In this document: positions 41,935 to 53,900 of the stretch, piece after piece
Numbering within the stretch: the first letter of the stretch is position 1
Layout of the letters: the number at the start of each line of letters is the position of its first letter
Origin: Escherichia phage LF82-9
Strand: one strand, 5' to 3'
Sequence record: PV660452
Length of the DNA stretch: 64,000 bases
Translations under genes and position numbers: made by a program
The notes under the pieces: generated by a model
What the model was told of the DNA's origin: nothing
The model's database searches: none
Seen by the model: the letters and a program-made list of their open reading frames with translations, nothing else

Positions 41935-42222
41935 TTACAAAAGATTTTTAGCAATAATTTTAAGCTGAGCTACTGAAATATGCTTGGCTTTAAACAAAGC
42001 AGTTTCTTCAGCAGGGGAGATAACGATTGTAGCACCATCTTTCTTAGCGGACCATCCATCACCAAGGTAAACAGTACCTTTGACTTCTTCTCCATCAACC
42101 AGGCTAATCATCGGTTTACCTTCACGTCCTTTGTTTGCTTTAATAACTTCGGAAGTAAGGGTCGCTTCGGTCAGAGTAGAAACGTTAGCATCAGGTGATA
42201 TAAATTCTTTATAGGTTTTCAT
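41935..42222 (-). CDS. Internal-protein-like (IPI-position) with capsid-targeting leader (MKTYKEFISP), 95 aa
   Basis: Leader similarity; sits just upstream of 57B as ipI does in T4. Confidence 0.6.
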   Translation of the reverse strand: MKTYKEFISPDANVSTLTEATLTSEVIKANKGREGKPMISLVDGEEVKGTVYLGDGWSAKKDGATIVISPAEETALFKAKHISVAQLKIIAKNLL

Positions 42223-42256
42223 TTTATTTCCTTGAGGTTGTTTATTTTATAGGATG

Positions 42257-42286
42257 ATAGTAACACACCATCATCCTTATGTAAAC
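42257..42286 (-). promoter_or_regulatory. Early promoter (GTTTAC-N18-TACTAT) with AGGATGATG/CATCATCCT stem
   Basis: Minus strand GTTTACATAAGGATGATGGTGTGTTACTATCATCCTAT. Confidence 0.6.
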
Positions 42287-42299
42287 TGTTTTGTGAAAA

Positions 42300-42985
<686 letters not shown>

Positions 42986-42989
42986 TTTA

Positions 42990-43724
42990 TTACCTTAAGA
43001 TTTTTTCAATTTTAGAATAAAGCTCTTCTAACGAGCCGTCGTTTGTAATAACTAAGTCGCCTTCTTCAATAGGCAACCCAGCTTCTGTAATATGTTTATC
43101 AGTGGATTCCGTACCAGAGCGAACCACATGAATAACTGTAGCACCCATCGCTCTAGCGGTTTCCATTTCATGGACTTGTCGTGTATCGGTCACAACGTAG
43201 TAATCGAAATCACTTCCAATATAATCCATATAGTTTAATGCAAAAAGCTTAACCCAATACATACGGTCAAATAAATTAACGACAACATCCGTACCGAGGG
43301 CTTGCATAAGACGGCGGATCGACCATGTGTCGTTGATATTATTTATAGCTTCACGCAGGGCTTCATATGGTTTAATATCTAGATATGAATATCCACCTTC
43401 TAACGATGATAATACTTTAACATTATTAATTGGTAAATATTGACTTTGCAAATAAATTAGCGCTTCTTCCAATAATTCAATAACATCCAACTTATTGAGA
43501 TTTAATGGTGTTTCACGGTCGTATCCAATGCCTTCAAAGTATTCGTATTTCAACTCTGTGAATACATCAGGATTTTCAGCATGTCTACGTCCCCAGGCTA
43601 TTGCTAGAGCGTCTTTAATTGGATATGCTAATTGGTATTTTACGGATTTAAAGTTTGAATTGATGTAATCAGCAGTAGTGTCTTTACCACTACGTTTGAT
43701 GCCACTTAAAAAGATTAGCTCCAT
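42990..43724 (-). CDS. 1: Deoxynucleoside monophosphate kinase gp1
   Basis: 244 aa; MELIFLSGIKRSGKDTTADYI...RMYWVKLFALNYMDYIGSDFDYYVVTDTRQVHEMETARAMGATVIHVVR matches T4 gp1. Confidence 0.92.
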   Translation of the reverse strand: MELIFLSGIKRSGKDTTADYINSNFKSVKYQLAYPIKDALAIAWGRRHAENPDVFTELKYEYFEGIGYDRETPLNLNKLDVIELLEEALIYLQSQYLPINNVKVLSSLEGGYSYLDIKPYEALREAINNINDTWSIRRLMQALGTDVVVNLFDRMYWVKLFALNYMDYIGSDFDYYVVTDTRQVHEMETARAMGATVIHVVRSGTESTDKHITEAGLPIEEGDLVITNDGSLEELYSKIEKILR

Positions 43725-43777
43725 AGGTTTTCCTCATATAATTTATAAGTGATTATAACATACGGAGCTAGAAGCGA

Positions 43778-44362
43778 TTAACGCAAGGAAGGGTGTCTAG
43801 AAATGGATTTAGATTCGGCTGCTTGACGAGGCTGTTGAGATACAATGACTTCGCCGTCTTTTTCTATCGTCATATACGCGTAGTGAATAGTTGCTACGCA
43901 CGTAACGGCAGGATCAGAATCTTCAGTGTAACTAAATTCAATTTCGCTCAAATCAGAAATCCATGGTTTATAGAAATTTGCCGTCAAAACGACTTCAGTC
44001 TTATTGTTGTTTAAAATGTGCAAAGTAACAAACTCAGGACCATCGGCATGGGCTGTATTATGACCGGTTATATAGTTATTAGTGCTGAGCATCCATTTAT
44101 ACATGTTCATCCAGGACGTCATGTCTTCATCAACTATAAATCGTACAATAAAAGGGTCATATTCAAATGTAGTGCCTGCGCGCATTGCACGTCCTAACCC
44201 CATTGTGCCTGTCACAGTTTCAACAACAGGAATTCTCACACCTGGCAATGGTGCCGTTTGGGCATTGAGCACAAAACCTGAAGTTCGTGTACTATCTGGG
44301 ATATCCACAACAAAGTTTGTTATATTTGTTTGGTTAAAAATCTGTCTCGTTGGACGAGTCAT
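43778..44362 (-). CDS. 3: Tail completion / tail-tube terminator protein gp3
   Basis: Position between genes 1 and 2; start placed at ATG 44362 (ORF-track start is GTG); N-terminal extent uncertain. Confidence 0.7.
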   Translation of the reverse strand: MTRPTRQIFNQTNITNFVVDIPDSTRTSGFVLNAQTAPLPGVRIPVVETVTGTMGLGRAMRAGTTFEYDPFIVRFIVDEDMTSWMNMYKWMLSTNNYITGHNTAHADGPEFVTLHILNNNKTEVVLTANFYKPWISDLSEIEFSYTEDSDPAVTCVATIHYAYMTIEKDGEVIVSQQPRQAAESKSISRHPSLR

Positions 44363-44464
44363 AAGCACCTCAAAAACGCTTTAATAAAAATACAGTATAA
44401 TGGTTTTAGGTCTCTTCCATTAATCCGGTTCAACAGAATATCAGAAGAACGGAAGAGAATAGAA

Positions 44465-45286
44465 TTAAGATTTCCAAACAGTATTCGCAGAGAAACGTTT
44501 TCCTTTTGACATAAATTGCTGAGTAGGTAACATGATTATGTTAGCCCAGTCTTTAGGAGCGATTTCTGTTATTGTTCCTCTAATGTGGCCTGGCAGGTAT
44601 GCTTTAATCATTTTGTCAGCACCTTGAAATCCTTTCACCTTGCTCCAGTCTATCTTCAACTTTGTGTTATTAGTAATAGTAGTTGTGCTAGCATATTGCT
44701 TCAGCAATTCTTCAAGAAACTGTTGACGTGCTTTAGGTGGGATATAGTGCAAGTTTAACCCGTACATCAAATTATGTTTACCTAATCCTAAATAAATAAT
44801 CAAAGGATATCGGTCCCAGTATGGCAGAGTATCTTTATGTTTAGCATCATACACGTAAGTATAAATTTTGCCTGGTGTAGGCTTGACTACTTTGTGACCT
44901 TTTACACTTTTCTTAATTGTTTCAACAAACCACTTAGATGATTTGTTGTTTACTGCTGCGCCTTCATTTCTAATCTTTTCTCGTATTGAACTGCGAAACG
45001 AGTTTATCATCAGAAGTTGTCGTTCTTGCTTATTGAGTTTATTTTTAGGTTTGGATTCAAGCGTTTCAATTTTCTGTGCAGTCTTAATAGATGATGCATA
45101 TCTAGACATTGCAGATGTAAACGACGAGTATTTTATTCCTTTTGATTCTGCAAATGCTTTTGCAGTGATTCCTTTCTCTTTAGCTTTCTTGTATTCTAAT
45201 CCTATCTCAATCCATTTTCTTTCATTCATAGACTGAGCAATCTTAGGGGCTTGTACGCCTTCAGATATAATTTGGAATATGCTCAT
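44465..45286 (-). CDS. 2: DNA-end protector protein gp2
   Basis: 273 aa (T4 gp2 is 274 aa); basic; synteny 3-2-4. Confidence 0.8.
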   Translation of the reverse strand: MSIFQIISEGVQAPKIAQSMNERKWIEIGLEYKKAKEKGITAKAFAESKGIKYSSFTSAMSRYASSIKTAQKIETLESKPKNKLNKQERQLLMINSFRSSIREKIRNEGAAVNNKSSKWFVETIKKSVKGHKVVKPTPGKIYTYVYDAKHKDTLPYWDRYPLIIYLGLGKHNLMYGLNLHYIPPKARQQFLEELLKQYASTTTITNNTKLKIDWSKVKGFQGADKMIKAYLPGHIRGTITEIAPKDWANIIMLPTQQFMSKGKRFSANTVWKS

Positions 45287-45288
45287 AA

Positions 45289-45738
45289 TTACCCCTTGTA
45301 TCCGAGTTTCCTAAGTCCGTCTTCGGTTAGAACTCGAAATTTTATATTTCTCTTTTCTGCGACAGCAGAAGCAGCTTTCCATTTGTCGCAGTTCACAGAC
45401 CAGGTGTATATTTCATTCATATAACGTTTCTTTGCTGCGGTCGTAAGATTTGCAGGCTTAATAGGTGGTTGAGTTTCTTTCTTTGGTTTTATTTCTACAA
45501 AGAACTCTTGACCTGATGCATCTTTCATCCATATGTCCATATAGTATCGACGTTTCTTACCTTCAGCATTACAAAAATATGGAATTACGGCTGTTTCACT
45601 ACCCCATGCAATAATTTCCGGATTTTTATCCAACCATTCGAAAAAGAATTTTTCCCAGTTTGAACGATACGTTATTTTGGTATGGTCTCCACGGTATTTT
45701 TTTAAATTTTTTGGGACCCATTTACCAGAGTAGGCCAT
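45289..45738 (-). CDS. 4: Head completion protein gp4
   Basis: 149 aa; synteny; late promoter TATAAATA 27 nt upstream. Confidence 0.8.
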   Translation of the reverse strand: MAYSGKWVPKNLKKYRGDHTKITYRSNWEKFFFEWLDKNPEIIAWGSETAVIPYFCNAEGKKRRYYMDIWMKDASGQEFFVEIKPKKETQPPIKPANLTTAAKKRYMNEIYTWSVNCDKWKAASAVAEKRNIKFRVLTEDGLRKLGYKG

Positions 45739-45749
45739 GTTGTCCTCCT

Positions 45750-45757
45750 TATAAATA
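45750..45757 (+). promoter_or_regulatory. T4-type late promoter TATAAATA for gene 53 and downstream baseplate genes
   Basis: Exact consensus in the divergent intergenic region. Confidence 0.5.
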
Positions 45758-45764
45758 GTATTAT

Positions 45765-45772
45765 TATTTATA
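45765..45772 (-). promoter_or_regulatory. T4-type late promoter TATAAATA (minus strand) for gene 4
   Basis: Exact consensus on the minus strand. Confidence 0.5.
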
Positions 45773-45799
45773 CCAATTTAATATTGGAAGGAGACTATT

Positions 45800-46375
45800 T
45801 TGTTATTTACATTCTTCGACCCAATAGGATATAGTGCTAAAACAGTTGATAAGAATGCACCTACTATTCCTATGACAGACATATTTCGTAACTATAAAGA
45901 GTACTTTAAACGTGTTGCTGCCAATTATAGATTACGTTCTTATTACATTAAAGGCTCTCCACGTCCTGAAGAACTAGCAAACATAATTTATGGCAACCCT
46001 CAATTATACTGGGTCCTTTTGATGTGTAATGATAACTATGATCCGTATTATGGTTGGATTACATCTCAGGAAGCAGCGTATCAAGCGTCTATTCAGAAAT
46101 ATGCAAATGCTGGCGGAGACCAAATTCTTTACCATATTAACGAGAATCGTGAGAAATTTTACAATTTAGTTTCATACCCAGACGAGCCTTTAGTGTGGTA
46201 TGATAAAGGTGATGAAGCTCGTAAGTATCCGCAATATAAAGGACCTTTAGCTGCAGTAGATACTTATGAAGCGGCAATATTAGATAATGAAAAACTTCGT
46301 AAAATAAAAATTGTTGCAAAAGAAGATATAAACTCGTTTATTACTGATTTGATTCGTGAGATGGAGATTGCATAA
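45800..46375 (+). CDS. 53: Baseplate wedge protein gp53 (apparent TTG start)
   Basis: MLFTFFDPIGYSAKTVDKNAPTIPMTDIFRNYKEYFKR... matches T4 gp53; first codon TTG with SD AAGGAG 7 nt upstream; no in-frame ATG. Confidence 0.88.
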   Translation: MLFTFFDPIGYSAKTVDKNAPTIPMTDIFRNYKEYFKRVAANYRLRSYYIKGSPRPEELANIIYGNPQLYWVLLMCNDNYDPYYGWITSQEAAYQASIQKYANAGGDQILYHINENREKFYNLVSYPDEPLVWYDKGDEARKYPQYKGPLAAVDTYEAAILDNEKLRKIKIVAKEDINSFITDLIREMEIA

Positions 46376-48108
46376 TGGAAATGATTAGCAGTAGCCTTAA
46401 TTGGTTCGTGGGTGTTGTTGAGGACAGAATGGACCCATTAAAACAAGGGCGAGTTCGAGTTCGAGTCGTTGGTCTTCATCCAGCACAGAGAGCACAAGGT
46501 GATGTACAAGGTATTCCTACAGAAAAACTTCCGTGGATGACTGTTATTCAACCTATTACGTCTGCATCAATTTCAGGTATTGGTGGTTCTGTTACAGGTC
46601 CTGTTGAAGGAACTCGAGTATATGGTCATTTCTTAGACAAATGGAAAACAAACGGGATTGTACTTGGTACATACGGCGGAATCGTACGTGAAAAGCCTAA
46701 TAGACTTGAAGGTTTTTCAGACCCGACTGGCCAATATCCGCGACGTTTAGGTAATGATACGAACGTATTAAACCAAGGTGGTGAAGCTGGTTATTATTCA
46801 AACTCTAACGTAATTCAAGATAACAACTTGGATTATGGTATAAACCCAGATGATACAGATTTGGCAAATATTCCAGAAGATGATGACCCTAATTTTACAA
46901 TAACAGAAATGTTACGTCGTGACGAAGGACTTCGTGATAAAGTGTATTGGGACCATCTAGGGTATCCTACAGTAGGTATTGGACACCTTATCGTAATGGA
47001 AAAGACCCGAGATATGTCTCGAATTAATAAATTGTTATCTGACCAAGTAGGGCGTGAAGTAACAGGAAATCCAGGGACTATTACATTAGAAGAAGCAACA
47101 GCGTTATTTGAGAAAGACCTTGCTAAGATGCAGAAAGATATTCGTTCTAATTCTAAAGTAGGTCCTGTTTATGCCAAAATGAATAGGTCTCGCCAAATGG
47201 CATTAGAAAACATGTGCTTCCAAATGGGTGTTGGCGGTGTAGCAAAATTCAATACTATGCTTAAAGCAATGGCCGCAGGCGATTGGAAAACTGCATACAA
47301 ATCTGGGCGTGATTCGTTATGGTTCCAACAGACTAAAGGACGTGCTTCACGCGTAACAACAATTATTTTAACTGGTAACATGGAATCATACGGTGTTCCT
47401 GTTAAAACACCACCTTCGCCTGGTGTTGGTGCCGATTTAGTTACTAGAAATACAGATCCAGAAGATCCGGCTAGTCCTCCTGTTCCATTAGATTCACGTA
47501 TCCTTTTTAAAGAACCGGAATCAAGTTATCGTGGTGAATACCCGTATGTTCATGCTATGGAAACAGAAAGCGGACATATCCAAGAGTTTGACGACACTCC
47601 AGGTAATGAACGTTATCGCTTAGTTCATCCGACAGGGTCATATGAGGAAGTTTCTCCATCCGGTCGTCGTACTCGTAAAACTGTAGAAGACCTTTTTGAC
47701 ATCACTAATGGCGATGGGAACTTCTTGATTTCTGGTGATAAACTTGTTAACGTTGGTGCTAATGAAATATATTATAACATGGCAGACCGCCTCCATCAAA
47801 TAGATGGCAGCGACACAATCTTTATTCGTGGTAACCAAACTAAAACTGTTGAAGGCGATGGAACTCTTTACGTTAAGGGCAATATCAAAATAGTTGTTGA
47901 CGGAAATGCAGATATTCTTGTTAAAGGTGATGCTAAGACTCAAGTTGAAGGGAATCATGACTATACTGTCAATGGTAATGTTAAATGGACTGTCAATGGT
48001 AATGTTGATATGACTGTTGCTGGCAATTGGTCTGAGACAATGACTACAATGAGCTCAATAGCTTCAGGACAATATACTGTTGACGGATCTCGTATTGATA
48101 TTGGGTAA
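46375..48108 (+). CDS. 5: Baseplate hub / tail-associated lysozyme gp5 (cell-puncturing device)
   Basis: 577 aa; MEMISSSLNWFVGVVEDRMDPLKQGRVRVRVVGLHP... plus lysozyme domain (RRDEGLRDKVYWD..GYPTVGIGHL) and C-terminal beta-helix VxGxxxxx repeats. Confidence 0.95.
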   Translation: MEMISSSLNWFVGVVEDRMDPLKQGRVRVRVVGLHPAQRAQGDVQGIPTEKLPWMTVIQPITSASISGIGGSVTGPVEGTRVYGHFLDKWKTNGIVLGTYGGIVREKPNRLEGFSDPTGQYPRRLGNDTNVLNQGGEAGYYSNSNVIQDNNLDYGINPDDTDLANIPEDDDPNFTITEMLRRDEGLRDKVYWDHLGYPTVGIGHLIVMEKTRDMSRINKLLSDQVGREVTGNPGTITLEEATALFEKDLAKMQKDIRSNSKVGPVYAKMNRSRQMALENMCFQMGVGGVAKFNTMLKAMAAGDWKTAYKSGRDSLWFQQTKGRASRVTTIILTGNMESYGVPVKTPPSPGVGADLVTRNTDPEDPASPPVPLDSRILFKEPESSYRGEYPYVHAMETESGHIQEFDDTPGNERYRLVHPTGSYEEVSPSGRRTRKTVEDLFDITNGDGNFLISGDKLVNVGANEIYYNMADRLHQIDGSDTIFIRGNQTKTVEGDGTLYVKGNIKIVVDGNADILVKGDAKTQVEGNHDYTVNGNVKWTVNGNVDMTVAGNWSETMTTMSSIASGQYTVDGSRIDIG

Positions 48109-48111
48109 TAT

Positions 48112-48627
48112 ATGGCACAAATACTTCCTTTAAATACCGACTTAGGAGAAGACATGGAAGTGGCGTCTATTGACGTCCTTTTTACTCCTCAGCTAGAAAC
48201 GTCCGAAACTTTAGTGTCAATAAATATAACAGATTATGAACCGACACAAGGCATTACGGTAGATGGTAATCGTTTATATGGAACATATGAAAGTGTGTTT
48301 AGCTTTTCTTCGGATGCATTGAAATATCGATTAAATGATGATTTTAAAACTGCATCTTCATGGGATGATTTACCGAAAGATGAATCCGCACAGTTATATT
48401 TGTGGAGAGCTCCTCAGAATCTTCGTAAAGTGTTTAGTTATACGGTTGAAATGATTTATAACTACCAAGAAGAAAGTTCATCAGGCGGCACAAGAAGTGA
48501 CTCTGGTGCAGAACCTCCACCGGCTCCAGTACAAAAAACTCTTACTAAGGTTTATACAAAAACTATAGTAGGAAATTGGAGCAAATGGGCACAACAATTA
48601 CGAAACTATGTTTATATGAGGCCATAA
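48112..48627 (+). CDS. 5.1: gp5.1-like hypothetical protein
   Basis: 171 aa ORF immediately after gene 5; synteny. Confidence 0.7.
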   Translation: MAQILPLNTDLGEDMEVASIDVLFTPQLETSETLVSINITDYEPTQGITVDGNRLYGTYESVFSFSSDALKYRLNDDFKTASSWDDLPKDESAQLYLWRAPQNLRKVFSYTVEMIYNYQEESSSGGTRSDSGAEPPPAPVQKTLTKVYTKTIVGNWSKWAQQLRNYVYMRP

Positions 48628-48629
48628 AA

Positions 48630-48923
48630 ATGTCTGGCTTAAGTTACGACCAGTGCGTTACAACAGGTCATGAAGCATGGCCTCCTACGGTAATTAACGC
48701 TTCTCAATCTAAAGTATTCACCGGTGGTATTCCTGTTCTTGTAGCAGGAGACCAAATAACACCTCATACAGAAATTAAAAAACCATACGAGACTCATGGT
48801 GGTGTTACTGAACCTCGTACATCTAAAGTATATGTCACCGGTAAAAAGGCCGTTCAAATGGCTGACCCAATTTCATGCGGGGATACTGTTTCTCAGGCCT
48901 CGTCAAAAGTCTTTATCAAATAG
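48630..48923 (+). CDS. 5.4: gp5.4 PAAR-repeat spike-tip protein
   Basis: 97 aa from ATG at 48630 (same length as T4 gp5.4); ORF-track start extends upstream in frame. Confidence 0.8.
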   Translation: MSGLSYDQCVTTGHEAWPPTVINASQSKVFTGGIPVLVAGDQITPHTEIKKPYETHGGVTEPRTSKVYVTGKKAVQMADPISCGDTVSQASSKVFIK

Positions 48924-48931
48924 GAATTAAA

Positions 48932-50902
48932 ATGGCAAACACTCCTGTAAATTATCAATTAACCCGAACAGCGAATGCTATTCCCGAGATTTTTATCGGG
49001 GGCACATTTGCCGAAATCAAACAAAACATTATCGAATGGCTCAATGGACAGAACGAATTTCTTGATTATGATTTTGAAGGTTCGCGTTTAAACGTATTGT
49101 GCGACCTTTTAGCATATAATACTCTTTATATCCAACAGTTCAGTAATAGTGCGGTGTATGAAAGCTTTATGCGCACTGCAAACTTGCGTAGCTCTGTTGT
49201 ACAAGCGGCTCAAGATAACGGATACCTGCCTGCATCTAAATCGGCAGCACAAACAGAAATTATGCTCACATGTACGGATGCGTTAAATAGAAACTATATC
49301 ACTATTCCGCGTGGTACTCGTTTCCTGGCGTATGCTAAAGGTACTTCTGTTAACCCGTATAACTTTGTTTCCACCGAAGACGTCATTGTAGTTAAAGACA
49401 AAAATAATCAATATTTCCCACGTCTTAGGTTAGCTCAGGGACGTATTGTTCGTACTGAATTAACATTTGATAAATTAAAACCTATCATTATTCGTGATAA
49501 GAACATTGACCGTAATTTGGTTAAATTGTATGTTGACGGAGCAGAATGGATTAACTGGACTCGCAAATCGATGGTTCATGCTGGTTCTACTTCAACCATT
49601 TATTATATGCGAGAAACTGTTGACGGGAACACTGAATTTTATTTTGGTGAAGGTGAAATCTCTATTAACACATCAGAAGGTGCTTTAACATCTAACTACG
49701 TTGGCGGCCTTAAACCTGTCCAGGGTTCTAAAATCGTAATTGAATATATTTCTACTAATGGTGCTGAAGCAAATGGTGCAGTAGGATTCTCTTATGCTGA
49801 TACATTAGCTAATATCACAGTTATTGGAATTAATGAAAACCCAAGTAATAACCCTGACTTCGTTGGTGCGGATGGCGGTGGCGACCCTGAAGATATTGAA
49901 CGTATCCGTGAATTAGGTACAATTAAACGCGAAACTCAACAACGATGTGTGACTGCGACAGATTACGACACATTCGTCTCTGAACGATTTGGTTCTATTA
50001 TTCAAGCGGTTCAGACATTTACGGATTCATCTAAGCCTGGGTACGCATTTATTGCTGCTAAACCTAAGTCTGGGTTATATTTGACTTCCGTCCAACGAGA
50101 CGATATTAAAAATTATCTTAATGAGTATAACTTAGGGACGATAACTCCTGTTGTTATTTCTCCTGATTATTTGTTTATTAAAATGAATATTCGCGTTACG
50201 TATGCATTGAACAAATTACAGGAATCTGAACAATGGTTAGAAGGCCAAATTATTAATAAAATCGACCGGTATTATATTGAAGACGTGGAAATTTTTAACT
50301 CGTCATTCGCAAAATCTAAAATGCTAACGTATGTCGATGACGCAGATATTTCTATCATTGGTTCGTCTGCGACTATTCAAATGGTTCGCGAGGTACAGAA
50401 CTTCTACAAAACACCTGAAACAGGTATTAAATACAATAACCAGATTAAAGATAGAACATTAGAATCTAACGTGTTTTCATTTGATAGTTTACGCGTTGAC
50501 CCTGAAACGGAAGCTACTATTAAATACGACGTTCGCATTGTAGGTTCAGATAGAAATGACCGTGGCATTGGACAAGTTATCATTGGCCCGTTTGCAGATG
50601 GCGACGTTATAGAAAATGCTTATATTCAACCATATACTGGTGACGATTTTAATAAACTTCATGTTACGGACGGAAGAAACAAATATTACTCTATAGGTGA
50701 AGTAAATTATCCTGCTGATTCAATTTATTGGAATATAGCTAAAATTGATTTAACTTCTGATAGGTTTGAAGTTCAAACTATTGAACTCTATTCAGACCCA
50801 GCTGATGATGTTATCTTTACTAAAGACGGGTCATTAATTGTATTTGAAAATGACTTACGTCCGCAATATTTAACCATAGATTTGGAGCCTATTTCACAAT
50901 GA
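48932..50902 (+). CDS. 6: Baseplate wedge protein gp6
   Basis: MANTPVNYQLTRTANAIPEIFIGGTFAEIKQNIIEWLNGQ... matches T4 gp6; 656 aa. Confidence 0.93.
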   Translation: MANTPVNYQLTRTANAIPEIFIGGTFAEIKQNIIEWLNGQNEFLDYDFEGSRLNVLCDLLAYNTLYIQQFSNSAVYESFMRTANLRSSVVQAAQDNGYLPASKSAAQTEIMLTCTDALNRNYITIPRGTRFLAYAKGTSVNPYNFVSTEDVIVVKDKNNQYFPRLRLAQGRIVRTELTFDKLKPIIIRDKNIDRNLVKLYVDGAEWINWTRKSMVHAGSTSTIYYMRETVDGNTEFYFGEGEISINTSEGALTSNYVGGLKPVQGSKIVIEYISTNGAEANGAVGFSYADTLANITVIGINENPSNNPDFVGADGGGDPEDIERIRELGTIKRETQQRCVTATDYDTFVSERFGSIIQAVQTFTDSSKPGYAFIAAKPKSGLYLTSVQRDDIKNYLNEYNLGTITPVVISPDYLFIKMNIRVTYALNKLQESEQWLEGQIINKIDRYYIEDVEIFNSSFAKSKMLTYVDDADISIIGSSATIQMVREVQNFYKTPETGIKYNNQIKDRTLESNVFSFDSLRVDPETEATIKYDVRIVGSDRNDRGIGQVIIGPFADGDVIENAYIQPYTGDDFNKLHVTDGRNKYYSIGEVNYPADSIYWNIAKIDLTSDRFEVQTIELYSDPADDVIFTKDGSLIVFENDLRPQYLTIDLEPISQ

Positions 50903-53900
50903 CAGTAAAAGCGCCAGCAGTCACGAGTCTCAGATTATCTAAATTGTCCGCAAACCAAGTTCAAATTCGCTGGGATGAGGTTGGCGCTAATTTCTACTAT
51001 TTTGTGGAAATAGCTGAGACCAAAACAGCTAACGGGGAAGCAATTCCCCGTAATAGCTATAGATGGACTAATTTAGGATATACCGCTGATAACAATTTCT
51101 TTGAGTCTGGTTTAAATTCATTAACAACATATATGATGCGTGTGGCTACAGCAGCGGAGGGATTTGAGCAGTCTGATTGGAGATACACCGAAGAGTTTGA
51201 AACATTTGAAATAAACGCTTACACATTCCAACATATGATTGAAATGCAATTAGCTAACGAGTTTATTTCTGAAAAATTTACAAAAAATAATACAAACTAC
51301 GTTGATTTTAATAATGACACGATCATGGCAGCACTGATGAGCGAGTCGTTCCAATTTAGTCCTGCATACACCGATGTGTCATCGATTAGAAATTTTATAA
51401 TTGGTGAAAATCAGTATCATGAAATCCAGGGGCATATCCAGGATGTATGTAAAGATATAAATCGAGTATATCTAATGGAATCTGAAGGAATTCTTTACCT
51501 TTTTGAAAGATTCCAACCTATTGTAAAAGTGTCTAATGATAAAGGCCAAACATGGAAAGCGGTTAAATTGCTTAATGACCGTGTAGGATATCCACTTTCA
51601 CGAACCGTATATTACCAATCAGAATATACGACGTATTTGCTCGGCTATGATAAGATTTTTTACGGGCGTAAATCATCCGATATTCGTTGGTCTGCTGATG
51701 ATGTTCGTTTCAGTTCACAAGACGTAACATTTGCTAAAATCGGGGACCAATTAAATTTAGGTTTTGATGTAGAGATTTTCGGTACATACGCGTCATTGCC
51801 AGGAAACGTATCACGTATTGCAGAAGCTATTACTTGTAATGATGACTATGTTTATATTGCGGCCAGAGATAAAGTTCGCTTCGTTAAAACCAGTAACGCT
51901 CCTATTGATTCAGATCCATTATCTCCGACCTATTCCGAACGGTTGTTTGAACCTGAGATGTTTACAATAACAGGCAACCCTAAAGCAGTTTGTTATAAAA
52001 TGGATTCTGTTGGTGGAAGAATATTCGCTCTTATTATTGGTGAAGTCGAAAACGTTAATGACGACCCAAGAACAAAGCCTATTTTGGATTCTGTTGATAA
52101 AGGTGTATACGTTTTAGACCATGACGCTGGAACATTTAAAAGGATATTTGGTAATACTGAAGAAGAACGCCGTCGTATAGAACCGGCTTTCACCAATATG
52201 TCTACTGACGGTGTTGAGCTTTATATCTCTTCTAGTAATTTTAAATTTTTAGAATCTGATATTGTTGACGACCCGGAAACGCAATCTAAGTATGGACTTT
52301 TAGGAGCGGTTAAGTATGAATATCCTAGAGAATGGCTCGCAGATAAACATTACCATATGATGATTTTCGCATCAAACGAAGAAAGTAATTGGGAAACTTT
52401 TTCACCAACTCCTATGCAGTATTATGCAGAACCTTTCTTTAGTTATTCTAGAAAATCAGGCACACGTTCTTGGATTAATAACTCTGATAGAGCGGTAGTG
52501 ATTTATTCTGATTTGCTTTACACAAAGGTAGTGGAAAGCTACCCTAGCACTTCACCTGATCGTAAAGTTCACGAATACTGGAATGATGGCGATTGTAAGA
52601 TTGTTATGCCGAATATAGAATTCACTGGATTTAAAAAATACGCGTCTGGTATGTTGTTTTATAAATCATCAGGTGAAATAATTTCATATTATGATTTTAG
52701 TTATCGTGTTAGAGATAACGTTTCTATAATTTGGAAGCCCACTAACGTATTTTTGACCGCCTCATTACAAAACCAAGAAAAAGAAACTTCTTGGGTTCCT
52801 GTTGAAGAGACAGGTCTAGCTGACCCGGATTTACGCCCATTACTCACTACAATGATGCCAGAGTCTTATCTGTTGGATAATACAAACTTTGAAGCATTTT
52901 GTGAAGCGTATATTCAATATCTTTCTGATGGATATGGGACTCATTATAATAACTTATTGAATTTGATTAAAAATAAATACCCGCGAGAAGAACACGCATG
53001 GGAATATCTTTGGTCTGAAATTTATAAACGGAACATTTATTTGAATGCTGAGAAACGTGATTTAGTTTCTAGGTTCTTTGAGTCCAGAAGTTATGATTTT
53101 TATTCTACTAAAGGAACTGAAGCATCGTATAAGTTTTTGTTTAAAGTTCTTTATAACGAAGACGTTGAAGTAGAAATCGAGTCATCTGCTGGAACAGAGT
53201 ATGATATCATAATTCAATCTGATTCTATAAGTGAAGATTTGGTTGGACAAACTATATACACCGCTACAGGTAGATGTAATGTTACATATTTAGAAAGAAG
53301 CTATTCTAAAGGTAAATTACAATGGACTGTGACTATTCATAACCTTTTAGGTAGGCTTTTAGTCGGTCAAGAAGTAAAAGCCGAAAGACTAGCAGATTTT
53401 GAAGGTGAAATAGTTCGCGGTATTAAAGGTAAAGAACTTGCCCAAAACACTATCGATTATTTTAATCGTGGTAGAGCTTATTACGTCATGAAAATAAAGT
53501 CAAATCTTCCATCCTCTCGTTGGAAATCTGACGTACTACGTTTTGTACATCCGGTAGGATTTGGATTTATTGCAATAACCTTATTAACAATGTTTATTAA
53601 TACAGGATTAACGCTTAAACATGTTGAAACTATTATTAATAAATATAAAAATTATAAGTGGGATTCCGGACTGCCTACGGAATATGCAGACCGCGTCGCT
53701 CGTTTAGACCCTCAAGGTAATGTAGAATTCAATCCTGTTACAGGTGAAGTAATTTATGATGCTGGTCCTTATGCCGGTATCGAATACCCTTTACCTGCAA
53801 ATTATAATGAAGAAAATGATAACTCTATTTTCCAAGGACAATTACCGTCCGAACGACGCAAGCCGATGAGCCCATTATTTGATGCATCAGGTACAACGTT

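Noticed and set aside
43725-43777. Late-promoter-like TATAAATT upstream of gene 1 (minus strand, about 43740-43747)
   Set aside because: One mismatch to the TATAAATA consensus and no other support; recorded here rather than as a feature.
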